Assembly (NCBI GenBank): GCA_963675755.2
Contig: CAXXMD010000003.1
Coordinates: forward strand, 480,001 to 544,000
Length of the DNA: 64,000 nucleotides
Source: a bacterium
GTDB taxonomy: Bacteria; Zhuqueibacterota; Zhuqueibacteria; Residuimicrobiales; Krinioviventaceae
Reading direction: 5' to 3'
The notes under the pieces are model-generated. The model did not search any database and had not been told where the DNA came from. It saw only the letters and a program-made list of their open reading frames with translations. The number at the start of each line of letters is the position of its first letter. Within the stretch, counting starts at the first letter, position 1. The position numbers and the translations under genes are program-made. Shown here in pieces: positions 1-9,941 of the stretch.

Positions 1-1257
1 CAGGGTCCTGCCGGTATGATAAGCAATATTGCCCAGGTGCATGACCGATGTGGACAAGTGCCCCTCTAAAATATCCGCGTTCAGGTCCTGCCAGCGACCG
101 GTACGCACGCAATCGATAAAATTGCCCATATGCGGTCCGTCTGTGCCCTTGAATTCCTGTATCATTTTTTTGTCTGTCGGAATCGTCATGTCTTTGCTGT
201 TCATTGCGGGCCCCGGTTCATTGTCCTTGCCTAAAAACGTCTTGAATGAGGTATGTGTAATGTGCATCCAGCCTTTAGAGCCGTAAATAAACTCGCCGCC
301 CTTTTCTCCATCTTCAGAATTATTATACAGACTGCGCACATCCACCTGGATGGTTTTCCCGTCCGCGTATTCAAACGCGCCCAACTGTACATTGGGGATC
401 TCCTGGTCCGAATCCCAGATATGGAACCCGCCCATACACTGGATTTTGGCTGGGTGCTCGCGCTTGTTCATGGCCCAGCGAATCACATCTACGCCGTGAG
501 TGCCGTTATTGCCAAACTCGCTGGTGCTGGTGTCCCAGAACCAGTGCCATTTGTAATGAAAGCGGTTTTCGTTAAAGGGACGATATGGCGCCGGTCCCAA
601 AAACAGGTCCCAGTTTACGCCTTTAGGGATTTCACTGTCCGCTACTCTGCCAATGTTTGGCCGAAACCCGAACACAATCGCGCGGCCCATATAGATCTCG
701 CCAATCACTCCTTCTCTCAGCAACCGGATGGCCTCGTGTACAATGGAACTGCTACGGCTCTGGGTGCCCACCTGTACAACACGATTGTACTTGCGTGCCG
801 CTTCCACCATCTTGCGGCCTTCCTGCAGGGTATAGGAAACGGGCTTTTCGATATAAACATCCTTGCCGGCCTGACACGCCCAAATGGTTTGCAGCGCATG
901 CCAGTGGTCCGGGGAAGCAATAGAGATTGCATCCAGATGTTTTTCATCCAGCAATTGCCGAAAATCGGTTACCGTCTTGACTTTTTTAGCGTCCTTCTCC
1001 TCCAGTTCTTTAAGACCTTTGGGGAACAGACGTTCGTCAATGTCGCACAAGTGGGTAATGCGTACATTGGGCATTTCCGCGTAACGACGGATATGCGCAA
1101 TGCCGCGGCCATGCAGTCCCACAACAGCGATATTGATGGTATCGTTAGCTTTGGATTTTGCGTATAAAGGATGGATCAATGGTGCGGACATGAGCGCTCC
1201 GGCTGTGGTCATGCCGGATGTTTTGATAAACTCACGACGATTGGTTACACTCATCAT
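1..1257 (-). CDS. Gfo/Idh/MocA family oxidoreductase with Tat signal (3' end runs off the window)
   Basis: Not in ORF track. Manual reverse-strand translation from ATG at 1257 (SD CAGGAGG upstream) gives MMSVTNRREFIKTSG... (twin-arginine motif), then INIAVVGLHGRG (Rossmann). It continues in frame toward position 1. Confidence 0.85.
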   Translation of the reverse strand, partial: MMSVTNRREFIKTSGMTTAGALMSAPLIHPLYAKSKANDTINIAVVGLHGRGIAHIRRYAEMPNVRITHLCDIDERLFPKGLKELEEKDAKKVKTVTDFRQLLDEKHLDAISIASPDHWHALQTIWACQAGKDVYIEKPVSYTLQEGRKMVEAARKYNRVVQVGTQSRSSSIVHEAIRLLREGVIGEIYMGRAIVFGFRPNIGRVADSEIPKGVNWDLFLGPAPYRPFNENRFHYKWHWFWDTSTSEFGNNGTHGVDVIRWAMNKREHPAKIQCMGGFHIWDSDQEIPNVQLGAFEYADGKTIQVDVRSLYNNSEDGEKGGEFIYGSKGWMHITHTSFKTFLGKDNEPGPAMNSKDMTIPTDKKMIQEFKGTDGPHMGNFIDCVRTGRWQDLNADILEGHLSTSVMHLGNIAYHTGRTL

Positions 1258-1363
1258 GACCTCCTGAAAATGGATTGATTTGGATCTTTTTTAAAAGATA
1301 ACAAGTCAGGTAATGAAAAACAATCGGAAAATCAAACTCTCACATATCCTACGTCTTGGTTTC

Positions 1364-1515
1364 TCCTTCCCAAATTTTATTTGGGAAGGAAAGTTTGCTC
1401 CAAGCTTTGCTTGGAAAAAATTGCGTAACACATAAATAATTAATTTACAGATATTCGCGAAGCAGAGCTTCGCACCAAAGTTCCGTCTCATCCGTCAGCT
1501 GACGGATGGGACGGA
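1364..1515. repeat. Four-hairpin REP-like palindromic element
   Basis: TCCTTCCCAAAT-TTT-ATTTGGGAAGGA (1364-1390), TCCAAGC-TTT-GCTTGGA (1399-1415), GCGAAGC-AGA-GCTTCGC (1457-1473), TCCGTCTCATCCGTCAGCTGACGGATGGGACGGA (1482-1515). Confidence 0.7.
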
Positions 1516-1581
1516 GAATTGTTGCTTTTTCAAGGTTAAGCTCTTTTTCAACAATCACCAAAAGATGGTATTACATTAATA

Positions 1582-1777
1582 TTGCATACCTGACGGCATG
1601 CAAATACGCATTTCTTATGTTTCTACAAATATCTTGTCCCTACGGGACTTGGAATGTATTGTGATTGGATTAATAATTCTCATGTTAAACGCCATTGACT
1701 ATCCAAAGGCCCCGTCAGGGGCCATATAGTTGTAGCCATACAAAAACCATAGTTTTCTGCGTGCCGTCAGGTACGCA
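1582..1777. repeat. Nested inverted pair of REP-like hairpins (GTCA/GTA loops)
   Basis: TTGCATACC-TGAC-GGCATGCAA (1582-1603) is the near reverse complement of TGCGTGCC-GTCA-GGTACGCA (1758-1777). TTCTACAAATAT..GTCCC-TAC-GGGAC (1621-1648) mirrors GGCCCC-GTCA-GGGGCC..ATAT..GTAG (1708-1735). Confidence 0.7.
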
Positions 1778-1811
1778 ATCTGACAAAATAATATATAATT
1801 ATCAATAAACT

Positions 1812-2855
1812 CTACTCTTCAACATCAACATACATTATATCCCACAAGTAGCCTTCATAAAACTCACTTCGGCTCCTGTTAAACTTGAACACCTCTGAAA
1901 ATTCTCCTGTAGTGAAATCATATTTCATAAATTTAATTTTTGTAAAAATCTCCAAATGTCTTGAAAAATGTTTAAAATACAAACAGTTATTATATATAAA
2001 CATATTTTGAAAATTCCCCCAATGTTCATACTCAAACAATTCGTTTCTTTTTTTTGTTTGTATATCAAACAATTCAATTTGATATTTTTTCAATTCTTTA
2101 TTATAACGATACAAAACCAATGAATCACTATTTAGCCAGGTAAAATCATAAACATCTTTTGCAATTGGTATTAGCCCTTCAAGGTTTAAATCCCAAAAAA
2201 ACAACTCGTACATATGTTTATTTCTATCATAATAATTCACACCAATTATATTATAATCTTGGCTCTTCTTAACTTTACTATGCCAACTCATCGAAATATT
2301 TTGATTTTCCCTTGTAATATTATAAAATAATTTTTGATTTTTATCTTTAATCATCAATATTCTATGTTGTTTATTATCATCACTCAAAACAAGCATACAT
2401 AGATAAACAGTATCAATATTTTTACAAACCCATTCCAGCCTTTCTATTTCCTTATATTGGTATTCAGTTTCATCATTAAATAAAATCTTGCTTGTTTCCT
2501 CCGGCGTGCCAACAAAAATAGTATCTCCTTTCATTTTCGCCCAAACGCCCTGGTTAAAAACTACTGTTTTATAATCCCAGTCACTCATTGGTGTTATGGA
2601 TTTATTTTTTAAGTCGATAATGCAATAACCACTTCTACCTACACCAACAATACTCGTTTTTGAAAAGAAATAATATTTTGAAAGCCCCCATTGCAAAGGA
2701 ACAATGTAATCCATAATCATTGTATCTCTTTCAAGATCATGGATTACAACTCGGCATTGCTTATTTGCTGCCGGTTCCGTGTACACCATCCAGGGTGATT
2801 CAGCAGCGTATAACATTTGAAACCCAAATAATAAAATAAAAACTTTTAAATTCAT
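1812..2855 (-). CDS. Hypothetical exported protein, AT-rich, possibly beta-propeller
   Basis: Long ORF. Likely start MNLKVFILLFGFQMLYA|A at 2855 (signal-peptide-like, GGGG upstream). Beta-rich aromatic pattern; no recognised motif. Confidence 0.6.
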   Translation of the reverse strand: MNLKVFILLFGFQMLYAAESPWMVYTEPAANKQCRVVIHDLERDTMIMDYIVPLQWGLSKYYFFSKTSIVGVGRSGYCIIDLKNKSITPMSDWDYKTVVFNQGVWAKMKGDTIFVGTPEETSKILFNDETEYQYKEIERLEWVCKNIDTVYLCMLVLSDDNKQHRILMIKDKNQKLFYNITRENQNISMSWHSKVKKSQDYNIIGVNYYDRNKHMYELFFWDLNLEGLIPIAKDVYDFTWLNSDSLVLYRYNKELKKYQIELFDIQTKKRNELFEYEHWGNFQNMFIYNNCLYFKHFSRHLEIFTKIKFMKYDFTTGEFSEVFKFNRSRSEFYEGYLWDIMYVDVEE

Positions 2856-2954
2856 GGTTTTCCCCATAATGATATTTATTTTGATTAATATACTAACAAT
2901 GCGAACCAATCCAAAAAACCGAAACGCAACTCATGCCCTTCTAAAAGCCCCCCA

Positions 2955-4661
2955 TCATACCTGCAATAACGCCTCGATGATCTCTTTTACCGAGGTTTTG
3001 TGCACATCCAAAACAACAGGATTTGTGATGCGCCAGCGGATGCATACATCCTGAATGATCCGGTTTCTCACAATCCACAACATGGGTTTTGAATACGCAT
3101 GCACCAACGCATCCAGCGCCTCTGCCCATCCTTCGCCGCGCAGTTCCAGGGGACCCACTTCATCCACCACAACCACATCCGGATCGGCATCAACTGCCAT
3201 CAAAATAGCTTGACTACCAAATTCCATCCCCTTTTCTAAAAAATGAAACGGGCCCATTTCTATTCCACTACCCTGTATCTCTGTTCTGCACAAAGGTTCC
3301 TGCACACCATCCTGAATGCGTACCACATCAAAACCGGAGCGTTTATTATTCTGCCAGTATCCCGTGGAATAGATGCCCCCGGTGGTCAAGCCCAGCTCGG
3401 TTAAGCGTCGCAGTAATTTCTGCACCAGGGTGGTTTTGCCCTCACCGGACCTGCCGGTCAAAAACACGATCCGTTTTACGGGCACATGCTCGTTCTGGTA
3501 TTCCAGCAACCATTGTTTCGAATAATACAGCATCTGCGGCAGGACTTGTCCGAGTCGTTTCCAAAGCTGTTTTTGCGCGGACAAAACCGACATGAACCGC
3601 GGTAGGGTTTCAAAAGCAACACCCAACGCGCGGGGGAAATCCTGCATGCTGTGCTTGATGAACCAGTCCAGTATTTTCGGGTTCCGCAGTTCAATGCTCA
3701 CAGCCGAAAACCCCACCAGAATTACAATGGCCCGCAGGCTCATACTCGTTCCAATTACCACTCCATTGAGCGTAAAAAACTCGCGTCTTTGCAGTCCGTC
3801 CAAAAAGATGGCAGATAAAAGAATCACCGAGATCAACATGATCCACAATCCCGGTTTCCTTAAGCGGTTCAACGACCGTCGGTACCGGTAGAAATTAAAC
3901 GCGATAAACAGTATACAATATATTGCCGCTATCCATAAAGGATAAAAACTTAACAGCAGCAGACCGGCTACGATCCCCATACTGATCAATATCAGCAAAA
4001 TCAGAGAAAATTGCTGGGTGGGATCCAATCCGAATGACATGGCATGTTTGCCTTCATTCACGACCGGCATCTGTTCGGCATCCAACAGGATCGCTTTTTT
4101 CCCGATGCGTACCGCAATGATTGCGACAATCACGCCAAATAGCATTTGAATCAACCAAAACGCCAGTACCAGATCAAAGGGCCCAAAGGAGGACACACCC
4201 AGATTTTTAGCCGCAAAGAAATAGAGGTTCTCATAGAGGTCCACAAAATACAGTCCAAATGTAATGACCAGTCCTATGATCTTTTGCACAAAACTCCACG
4301 ATACCGCAAGCGCCCCGCCCAAAAGATAGGCGAACAGATTTCTGCCCAGTAACAATACAGCCAGCTCTAACAACACCCCTTCCATAAAGATCCCGATCAT
4401 GGGGCCCATGATTACCGCACTGGGAGAAATGGACTTCATCACCGCGCAGATCAATCCCGAGCGCCAGAACAGTCCTTTTTCCGGCCACAACTGGTGTCCG
4501 CTGATCATGATCAACGCACCGATTGCGGAAAGCAGCGTGCCCGACATGGGGATTTTTAAATTGTGCAGCATGCTGCCCAAAATGATTTCGCTGGATGCCC
4601 ACAAACTGCCCAGTACCGCGGCCTTGAGCCAGATGTGTGATATTTCTGGTGATTGCTTCAT
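2955..4661 (-). CDS. Multi-pass membrane protein fused to C-terminal NTPase (THEP1/NTPase_1/DUF2478-like)
   Basis: About 10 hydrophobic segments, then Walker A GRSGEGKTT, GGIYS...GFD and Walker B VVVVDEVGPLE. Confidence 0.8.
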   Translation of the reverse strand: MKQSPEISHIWLKAAVLGSLWASSEIILGSMLHNLKIPMSGTLLSAIGALIMISGHQLWPEKGLFWRSGLICAVMKSISPSAVIMGPMIGIFMEGVLLELAVLLLGRNLFAYLLGGALAVSWSFVQKIIGLVITFGLYFVDLYENLYFFAAKNLGVSSFGPFDLVLAFWLIQMLFGVIVAIIAVRIGKKAILLDAEQMPVVNEGKHAMSFGLDPTQQFSLILLILISMGIVAGLLLLSFYPLWIAAIYCILFIAFNFYRYRRSLNRLRKPGLWIMLISVILLSAIFLDGLQRREFFTLNGVVIGTSMSLRAIVILVGFSAVSIELRNPKILDWFIKHSMQDFPRALGVAFETLPRFMSVLSAQKQLWKRLGQVLPQMLYYSKQWLLEYQNEHVPVKRIVFLTGRSGEGKTTLVQKLLRRLTELGLTTGGIYSTGYWQNNKRSGFDVVRIQDGVQEPLCRTEIQGSGIEMGPFHFLEKGMEFGSQAILMAVDADPDVVVVDEVGPLELRGEGWAEALDALVHAYSKPMLWIVRNRIIQDVCIRWRITNPVVLDVHKTSVKEIIEALLQV

Positions 4662-4662
4662 T

Positions 4663-5514
4663 CTAAATAACCGGATCCTGATTTACTGACCACAACATGC
4701 CTCCCACAGTGCCCTTGTGCACCCGTGTGATTTGTCCGTTTTGCTGTTTATCATTGAGATACGTTTCAATCTTTTGTTTCAACACGTCATAAGGCATATT
4801 AACAATCCGGCTAAAAAAACGCGTATAATACTCGACCGTTTCTCCAAATGGCAGAAATTTTGACCATTCCTGCGTATCAAACCGGATCTCGGGATAGATC
4901 CCCATAGAATATAAAAGATTCAAGGCATATTGAAAATGCCGGCTCTTGCGATTTTCTCCAAGCAGTTCCACAAACAGATCGTCCATGGGTTGGTTCTCCC
5001 GGTCTCCGGCCCATCCCGCCAGATAACACCACCCCCGCGAGCGTTTCATCATACGGAGCAGATCATCCGCGCAATTGATTGCAGGTGTCATGTGCGCAAA
5101 AACCAGATCGTACTGTTTTGCGATTTTTGCTTCAATCTCCGGTGCCAGCCAGTCGCCATGCACAAGGTGCAAAGCGGAGAGCAATTCCTGTGGTGCCCGT
5201 TGAGATATCTGATCAAGCATCCCCTGCGATACATCAACGCAGGTGACTTTGGCGCCATGTTCGGCAAAGGGGATTGCAAATGTGCCGGGCCCCGAACCAA
5301 TATCCAATACCGTTGCACCGGGACGGATAATTTCATTCTCTTTTAAATGGTTAATCAAACAACGGTTGCGTTCTGCAGATTCACCTTTTTCCTTAGAATA
5401 ATCGGGAGCCTTTTCATCCCAAAATCCCGCGTTTTTAAAGCCGTCTCCCTGCCGGTTGGTGCGATCAAAGGCATTCCACTGTTCTATCCAATATTCTTTT
5501 GACCCAATATCCAT
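4663..5514 (-). CDS. Class I SAM-dependent methyltransferase
   Basis: Motif I VLDIGSGPG, then VTCVDVSQGML and YDLVFA; WD..A..Y N-terminal motif. Confidence 0.9.
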   Translation of the reverse strand: MDIGSKEYWIEQWNAFDRTNRQGDGFKNAGFWDEKAPDYSKEKGESAERNRCLINHLKENEIIRPGATVLDIGSGPGTFAIPFAEHGAKVTCVDVSQGMLDQISQRAPQELLSALHLVHGDWLAPEIEAKIAKQYDLVFAHMTPAINCADDLLRMMKRSRGWCYLAGWAGDRENQPMDDLFVELLGENRKSRHFQYALNLLYSMGIYPEIRFDTQEWSKFLPFGETVEYYTRFFSRIVNMPYDVLKQKIETYLNDKQQNGQITRVHKGTVGGMLWSVNQDPVI

Positions 5515-5522
5515 TTTCTCAC

Positions 5523-7814
5523 TCAGAATTTTGCTTCAAATTGTACAATCACTGAACGCCCGGGCTGCCAGGTATGGTGCCACAATCTGTACTCTGTATC
5601 ACTCAGGTTTTTGATATGCAGCGAGACCTTGTAATACCCCGACAAGCTCAATCCCACAGACGCGTCCTGCAAAGCAAACGCAGGATACGGATTGACCTCA
5701 TAATCAAAGAAATATCCGTCGCCGGTATAATCATATCGCCATGCAAGGTCCATGATTACCAGATTGATCTGTTTTTCGTAATACAATCCCACATTATAGC
5801 GATGACGGCTGGTCTGGAACGTAAAATCACCGGGATCCAATAAAGTATATGCGCTATACACACTCAGTCCGCGGACCGGTTGAAATTTAAACGCCACTTC
5901 CACTCCCTGTGGAGTATAATCTCCGCGGTTGGTGCGGCGATCAAAATACAACGTATCCGTACCGCTCGAATTGGGCATGAGCACATATTGTCCCCAGCCG
6001 GTTGAACCCTGTTTATCGCTCACCATCAGATTTTCTACCTGCATCCTGAATGCGGAAACACTTATAAATCCCCAATCCTCCAGACGCTGGATGACGCCCA
6101 CATCCACATTTGCAGTTTTTTCCGGCTGCATATCCGGATCGCCATAGCCGCTCAGGGAACGTGAATACAGATCAATCATGGCTGGCGCCCTGAATCCTCT
6201 GGCATAATTGACTTTGAGATGGGTTGTGGAATTATTTATCCTGAGCAGGCGATAAGCCAGACCCGCATTGGGATTCACAATACTGCCAAATTCCGAATGC
6301 ATATCCAGTCTTGCACCCAGTACCGCATGCAGCCTGCTGCCAATATCCTGTTGATATTGCATATACAATGCGGTATTGTGTAATTGATAATCCTGCCGGG
6401 TGCTGCCATATTCCCCGGTGTAAAGATCTACAGGATGCGTGGCATACTGTCCCGACTGTCGGTTATAAACATCAATTTCCTGCACACCCGCATAGGCAAG
6501 ATTGTCAATAACCTGCTCATAATCCACATCCGCATTATCAAGAATCCCTTCAAATCCAAACTGCAATAGTGCGGCATTCCATGGCAGATACAGAGCATAG
6601 TTACTCATCAATCCGGTTCTGAGGGCGGTATATCCGGTTGCAATATCACTCACCAGACTGGTTTCATCATCCTGGTTGAGGTTTACAAACACTCGAGAAT
6701 CCCACACACCCCGACGACCATTGTATTGAACATGCACGTCTGCACCCGCATAGTAATAATCACTTTTCACCGGATTTTGGTCTGCCGGTTTTTCCCAGGA
6801 ATTGTTATGAAAATCAACATGAATAGTGGCTTGCAGCTGTTCATTATATTGGCGTTTATATTTATACTTCAGATCTGTATTGTTCCATTCATTGTTATTG
6901 GGCACCCGATAATCCTGCATAGAGCTGCGCAGCCCCAGTGAGAAAAAATGGTTGATCTTTTCATTGCGATACGAACCGGTCCATTGCAGCGTATTGGCTT
7001 CCACTATAGGACGACTGTATCCGTCAGCATTGGGATCACTAATAAGATCAGCCGCTTCCAGTTCTTTGGAAGCGGAAACCCAGGTGTGCCAGCCAGGTTC
7101 CGGGACCTTTGTCAGCACGTTCACCACACCCGCCGTAGCCTGAGAGCCATACAATGCAGAGCCCGCCCCTTTCACCACTTCAATCCGGTCTACAATCTCC
7201 ATGGGGATGGTATTAAAATTTACGCCTCCGTTCCAGCCATTGTTCATGGGACGTCCGTCAACCAGGACCAGCGTCTTGTTGGAATATCCTCCCCCGTTCA
7301 AAGAACGGATCGATAGACCATAATCTGCGCCAACAGTGGATCCATCCCGAATGACTCTTATACCGGGTAACTGGTCAAGTGCCTGACCGGCATTATACTG
7401 GTATTGCTGTTGTAAATCTTTTGGAGATAATTGAGAAATGGATTGCGGGGCTTTATCCGCAATCAGCACATTCCGGGTAGCGGTTACGGTAATCTCATCA
7501 AAAGTTAATGTACGTTTATTTTGAAATTGTAAATAAATGGGGCCATTGTGGTTATCATCCACTCGGATTGTTTTTCTCACCGGATCGAATTGTATATGGG
7601 ATACGGTAAGAGTATATTCTCCTGGCTCGGGTACTTTGAATGCGAACGAGCCGTCCGTACGGCTGGCAGTCCCCGTTTTGGTATCTTCCAGGAGTATATT
7701 TGCATTTACAATTGCCTGACCATCAGAATCCAGAACATATCCGGATAGCGGAATATCGGCAAAGGATATACCGGTACAAAAAACAATGCAAATCCAAATC
7801 TGTTTCATGATCAC
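5523..7814 (-). CDS. TonB-dependent outer-membrane receptor
   Basis: Signal peptide, carboxypeptidase-regulatory-like N-domain, TonB box (EITVTA), plug (LVLVDGRP...VDRIEVVKGAGSALYGSQATAGVVN), C-terminal Phe. Start may be the ATG at 7808. Confidence 0.95.
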   Translation of the reverse strand: MIMKQIWICIVFCTGISFADIPLSGYVLDSDGQAIVNANILLEDTKTGTASRTDGSFAFKVPEPGEYTLTVSHIQFDPVRKTIRVDDNHNGPIYLQFQNKRTLTFDEITVTATRNVLIADKAPQSISQLSPKDLQQQYQYNAGQALDQLPGIRVIRDGSTVGADYGLSIRSLNGGGYSNKTLVLVDGRPMNNGWNGGVNFNTIPMEIVDRIEVVKGAGSALYGSQATAGVVNVLTKVPEPGWHTWVSASKELEAADLISDPNADGYSRPIVEANTLQWTGSYRNEKINHFFSLGLRSSMQDYRVPNNNEWNNTDLKYKYKRQYNEQLQATIHVDFHNNSWEKPADQNPVKSDYYYAGADVHVQYNGRRGVWDSRVFVNLNQDDETSLVSDIATGYTALRTGLMSNYALYLPWNAALLQFGFEGILDNADVDYEQVIDNLAYAGVQEIDVYNRQSGQYATHPVDLYTGEYGSTRQDYQLHNTALYMQYQQDIGSRLHAVLGARLDMHSEFGSIVNPNAGLAYRLLRINNSTTHLKVNYARGFRAPAMIDLYSRSLSGYGDPDMQPEKTANVDVGVIQRLEDWGFISVSAFRMQVENLMVSDKQGSTGWGQYVLMPNSSGTDTLYFDRRTNRGDYTPQGVEVAFKFQPVRGLSVYSAYTLLDPGDFTFQTSRHRYNVGLYYEKQINLVIMDLAWRYDYTGDGYFFDYEVNPYPAFALQDASVGLSLSGYYKVSLHIKNLSDTEYRLWHHTWQPGRSVIVQFEAKF

Positions 7815-8042
7815 ACCCTGGGATTATGTAACACGAATTTTAACATAGGATATTTGTAAAAAAAAATCAATCAGTATTTGATATTTAAATGCAACAGATG
7901 CCCATTCTTGTTAATTTCCTTTTAACCATTAGAATTGTAAAATATTACAAACACTTGGAAATTTGGAATTTTCAGAATGTAATATTGTTACTAAAGCAAA
8001 ACACAATACAAATCATAATACTCTAACAATTCAGGGGTTACT

Positions 8043-8858
8043 ATGGAAAATATGAATATCTATGTCGAAAAAGGCATAGAAATGATCATGGAATATGGAC
8101 CCAAATTATTATTAGCAATTGTCACACTAATTATCGGTTTGATGGTGATCAAGGCTTTTACCAAAGGGTTAGGCAGAACCATGGCGAAAAGCAATACGGA
8201 TGAATCTCTACGACGCTTTTTATTAAGCCTGACAAGAGTAGGATTAAAAATATTGCTGTTCATCAGTGTGGCGTCTATGGTTGGTATACAAATGACATCC
8301 TTTATTGCCATTTTGGGTGCTGCGGGACTCGCTGTAGGCCTGGCTTTGCAGGGCAGTCTGGCTAATTTTGCCGGAGGCGTGCTGATTCTGTTATTCCGTC
8401 CGTACAAGATCGGTGACTTTATCGATGCCGCCGGTCACATGGGAACTGTTCGCGATATTCAGATATTTAACACCATTCTGAAAACACCGGACAATAAAAC
8501 CATCATCATTCCCAATGGTGTCTTGTCAAACGGCAGTATTACCAATTTTTCTACCGAGCCTACACGTCGTGTGGATATGGTATTTGGCATCGGCTATGGA
8601 GACGATATCAAAAAAGCCAAAGACCTGTTGAGCTCCATGGTCAACAGCGATGAGCGTGTGCTCAAAGATCCGGAACCATTGGTGGTTGTTTCCAGCCTGG
8701 GAGACAGCTCGGTCAATTTTACGGTACGAGTCTGGTGCAACAGCGGCGACTACTGGGGCCTGTTTTTCGATATGCAGGAAAAAGTTAAACTCGAGTTCGA
8801 TAAAGCCGGTATTTCAATCCCCTTTCCCCAACGCGATGTTCATGTGTTTAATCAATAA
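8043..8858 (+). CDS. mscS: Small-conductance mechanosensitive channel
   Basis: GAAGLAVGLALQGSLANFAGG, RPYKIGDFI, IIIPNG, GISIPFPQRDV. Confidence 0.95.
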   Translation: MENMNIYVEKGIEMIMEYGPKLLLAIVTLIIGLMVIKAFTKGLGRTMAKSNTDESLRRFLLSLTRVGLKILLFISVASMVGIQMTSFIAILGAAGLAVGLALQGSLANFAGGVLILLFRPYKIGDFIDAAGHMGTVRDIQIFNTILKTPDNKTIIIPNGVLSNGSITNFSTEPTRRVDMVFGIGYGDDIKKAKDLLSSMVNSDERVLKDPEPLVVVSSLGDSSVNFTVRVWCNSGDYWGLFFDMQEKVKLEFDKAGISIPFPQRDVHVFNQ

Positions 8859-8871
8859 ATAAAAACTCTTC

Positions 8872-8898
8872 CCACCCGAGGGTTTTGCCCTCGGGTGG
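8872..8898. terminator. Hairpin between convergent mscS and yeiH-like genes
   Basis: CCACCCGAGGG-TTTTG-CCCTCGGGTGG. Confidence 0.7.
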
Positions 8899-8918
8899 AT
8901 AAATAAAATCATTTTAGC

Positions 8919-9896
8919 TCATACCAAATGCATTACAACAAACAAGCTACCGATCGACAATACAACAAAAACCAATACACCTGTCATCAAGGCACCCATC
9001 CCCTGTTTGATCTGTGAAAAATGGACTGACAGTCCCATTGCGGTCATGGCCATTAATACAAATAATGATCCGGTGCTGGCAAATATATGAGAAACGGATT
9101 GGGGCAAAATCCCCAAAGAATTCACAATACCCGCGATTAAAAAATACAACACATACATGGGGAATTTTGCTTTCTCAACATTACCATCACGTTTATTATA
9201 AATAAAACTCAGCGCCAAAGATACCGGTACAAGCATCATCACTCTGGTCATTTTTACAAAGGTACCAATTTCTCCGGATTCACTGCCTTTGGCATATGCA
9301 GCCGCAATTGCATGGGCCACACCGTGCAACGACAAGCCTGCCCATGTACCATATTGAACAGGTGTCATCACAAATCCACTAACCGCAATTGCCGAATAGA
9401 CAATGACCCCAATCGCACCCAAAAAGCTGACAATGGATACCGCCAGCACCGAATCCTTATCATTTGCCCGAATACAGGGGGCCACGGCAAGCACCGCCGA
9501 AGCACCGCAAATACAGGAACCAATGCCTATTAACGTTGCAAGCCGGGTGTTCAAGTTGAAAAATCTGCCCAACAAATTGGATATCATCAAGGCGATCAAT
9601 ACATAAAACACAACCAGAATTAAAAATCGGGGGCCCAGTTTTAAAAGCACATGAGAATCAATCCTGAATCCCATAAGAATAATTCCCAGTTTTAAAATAT
9701 TTTTCAATGACAAAGAAATCCCCGGTTTAAAGCGGGCCTGGGTACCAACAGAATTATTATAAATCATGCCAATAATAATTGCTATTGTCAGCGCTTCCAG
9801 ATTGATAAATTTGATAGATTGATTTAAAAAAATAGATAATAGTGAAATGATGAGAACCAGAACCAGTCCGGGAATGTAATTTCTAATATTTTTCAT
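8919..9896 (-). CDS. yeiH: YeiH family putative sulfate/sulfite exporter
   Basis: LIGIGSCICGASAVLAVAP, GTWAGLSLHGVAHAIAA, KMTRV..L.P motifs. Start moved to ATG 9896, which has a GGAG SD. Confidence 0.85.
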   Translation of the reverse strand: MKNIRNYIPGLVLVLIISLLSIFLNQSIKFINLEALTIAIIIGMIYNNSVGTQARFKPGISLSLKNILKLGIILMGFRIDSHVLLKLGPRFLILVVFYVLIALMISNLLGRFFNLNTRLATLIGIGSCICGASAVLAVAPCIRANDKDSVLAVSIVSFLGAIGVIVYSAIAVSGFVMTPVQYGTWAGLSLHGVAHAIAAAYAKGSESGEIGTFVKMTRVMMLVPVSLALSFIYNKRDGNVEKAKFPMYVLYFLIAGIVNSLGILPQSVSHIFASTGSLFVLMAMTAMGLSVHFSQIKQGMGALMTGVLVFVVLSIGSLFVVMHLV

Positions 9897-9941
9897 TATA
9901 CTTGCTCCATATTTTTTTGTCAAGTATAATGCATTATATAT

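Noticed and set aside
253-1167. 304-aa plus-strand ORF
   Set aside because: Antisense shadow of the minus-strand Gfo/Idh/MocA gene (1-1257), which has clear motifs and an SD.
7815-8042. Cobalamin riboswitch or NikR/Fur box upstream of the TonB receptor
   Set aside because: No B12-box or GC-rich stems. TATGTAACACGAATTTTAACATA is only a weak palindrome in AT-rich DNA.
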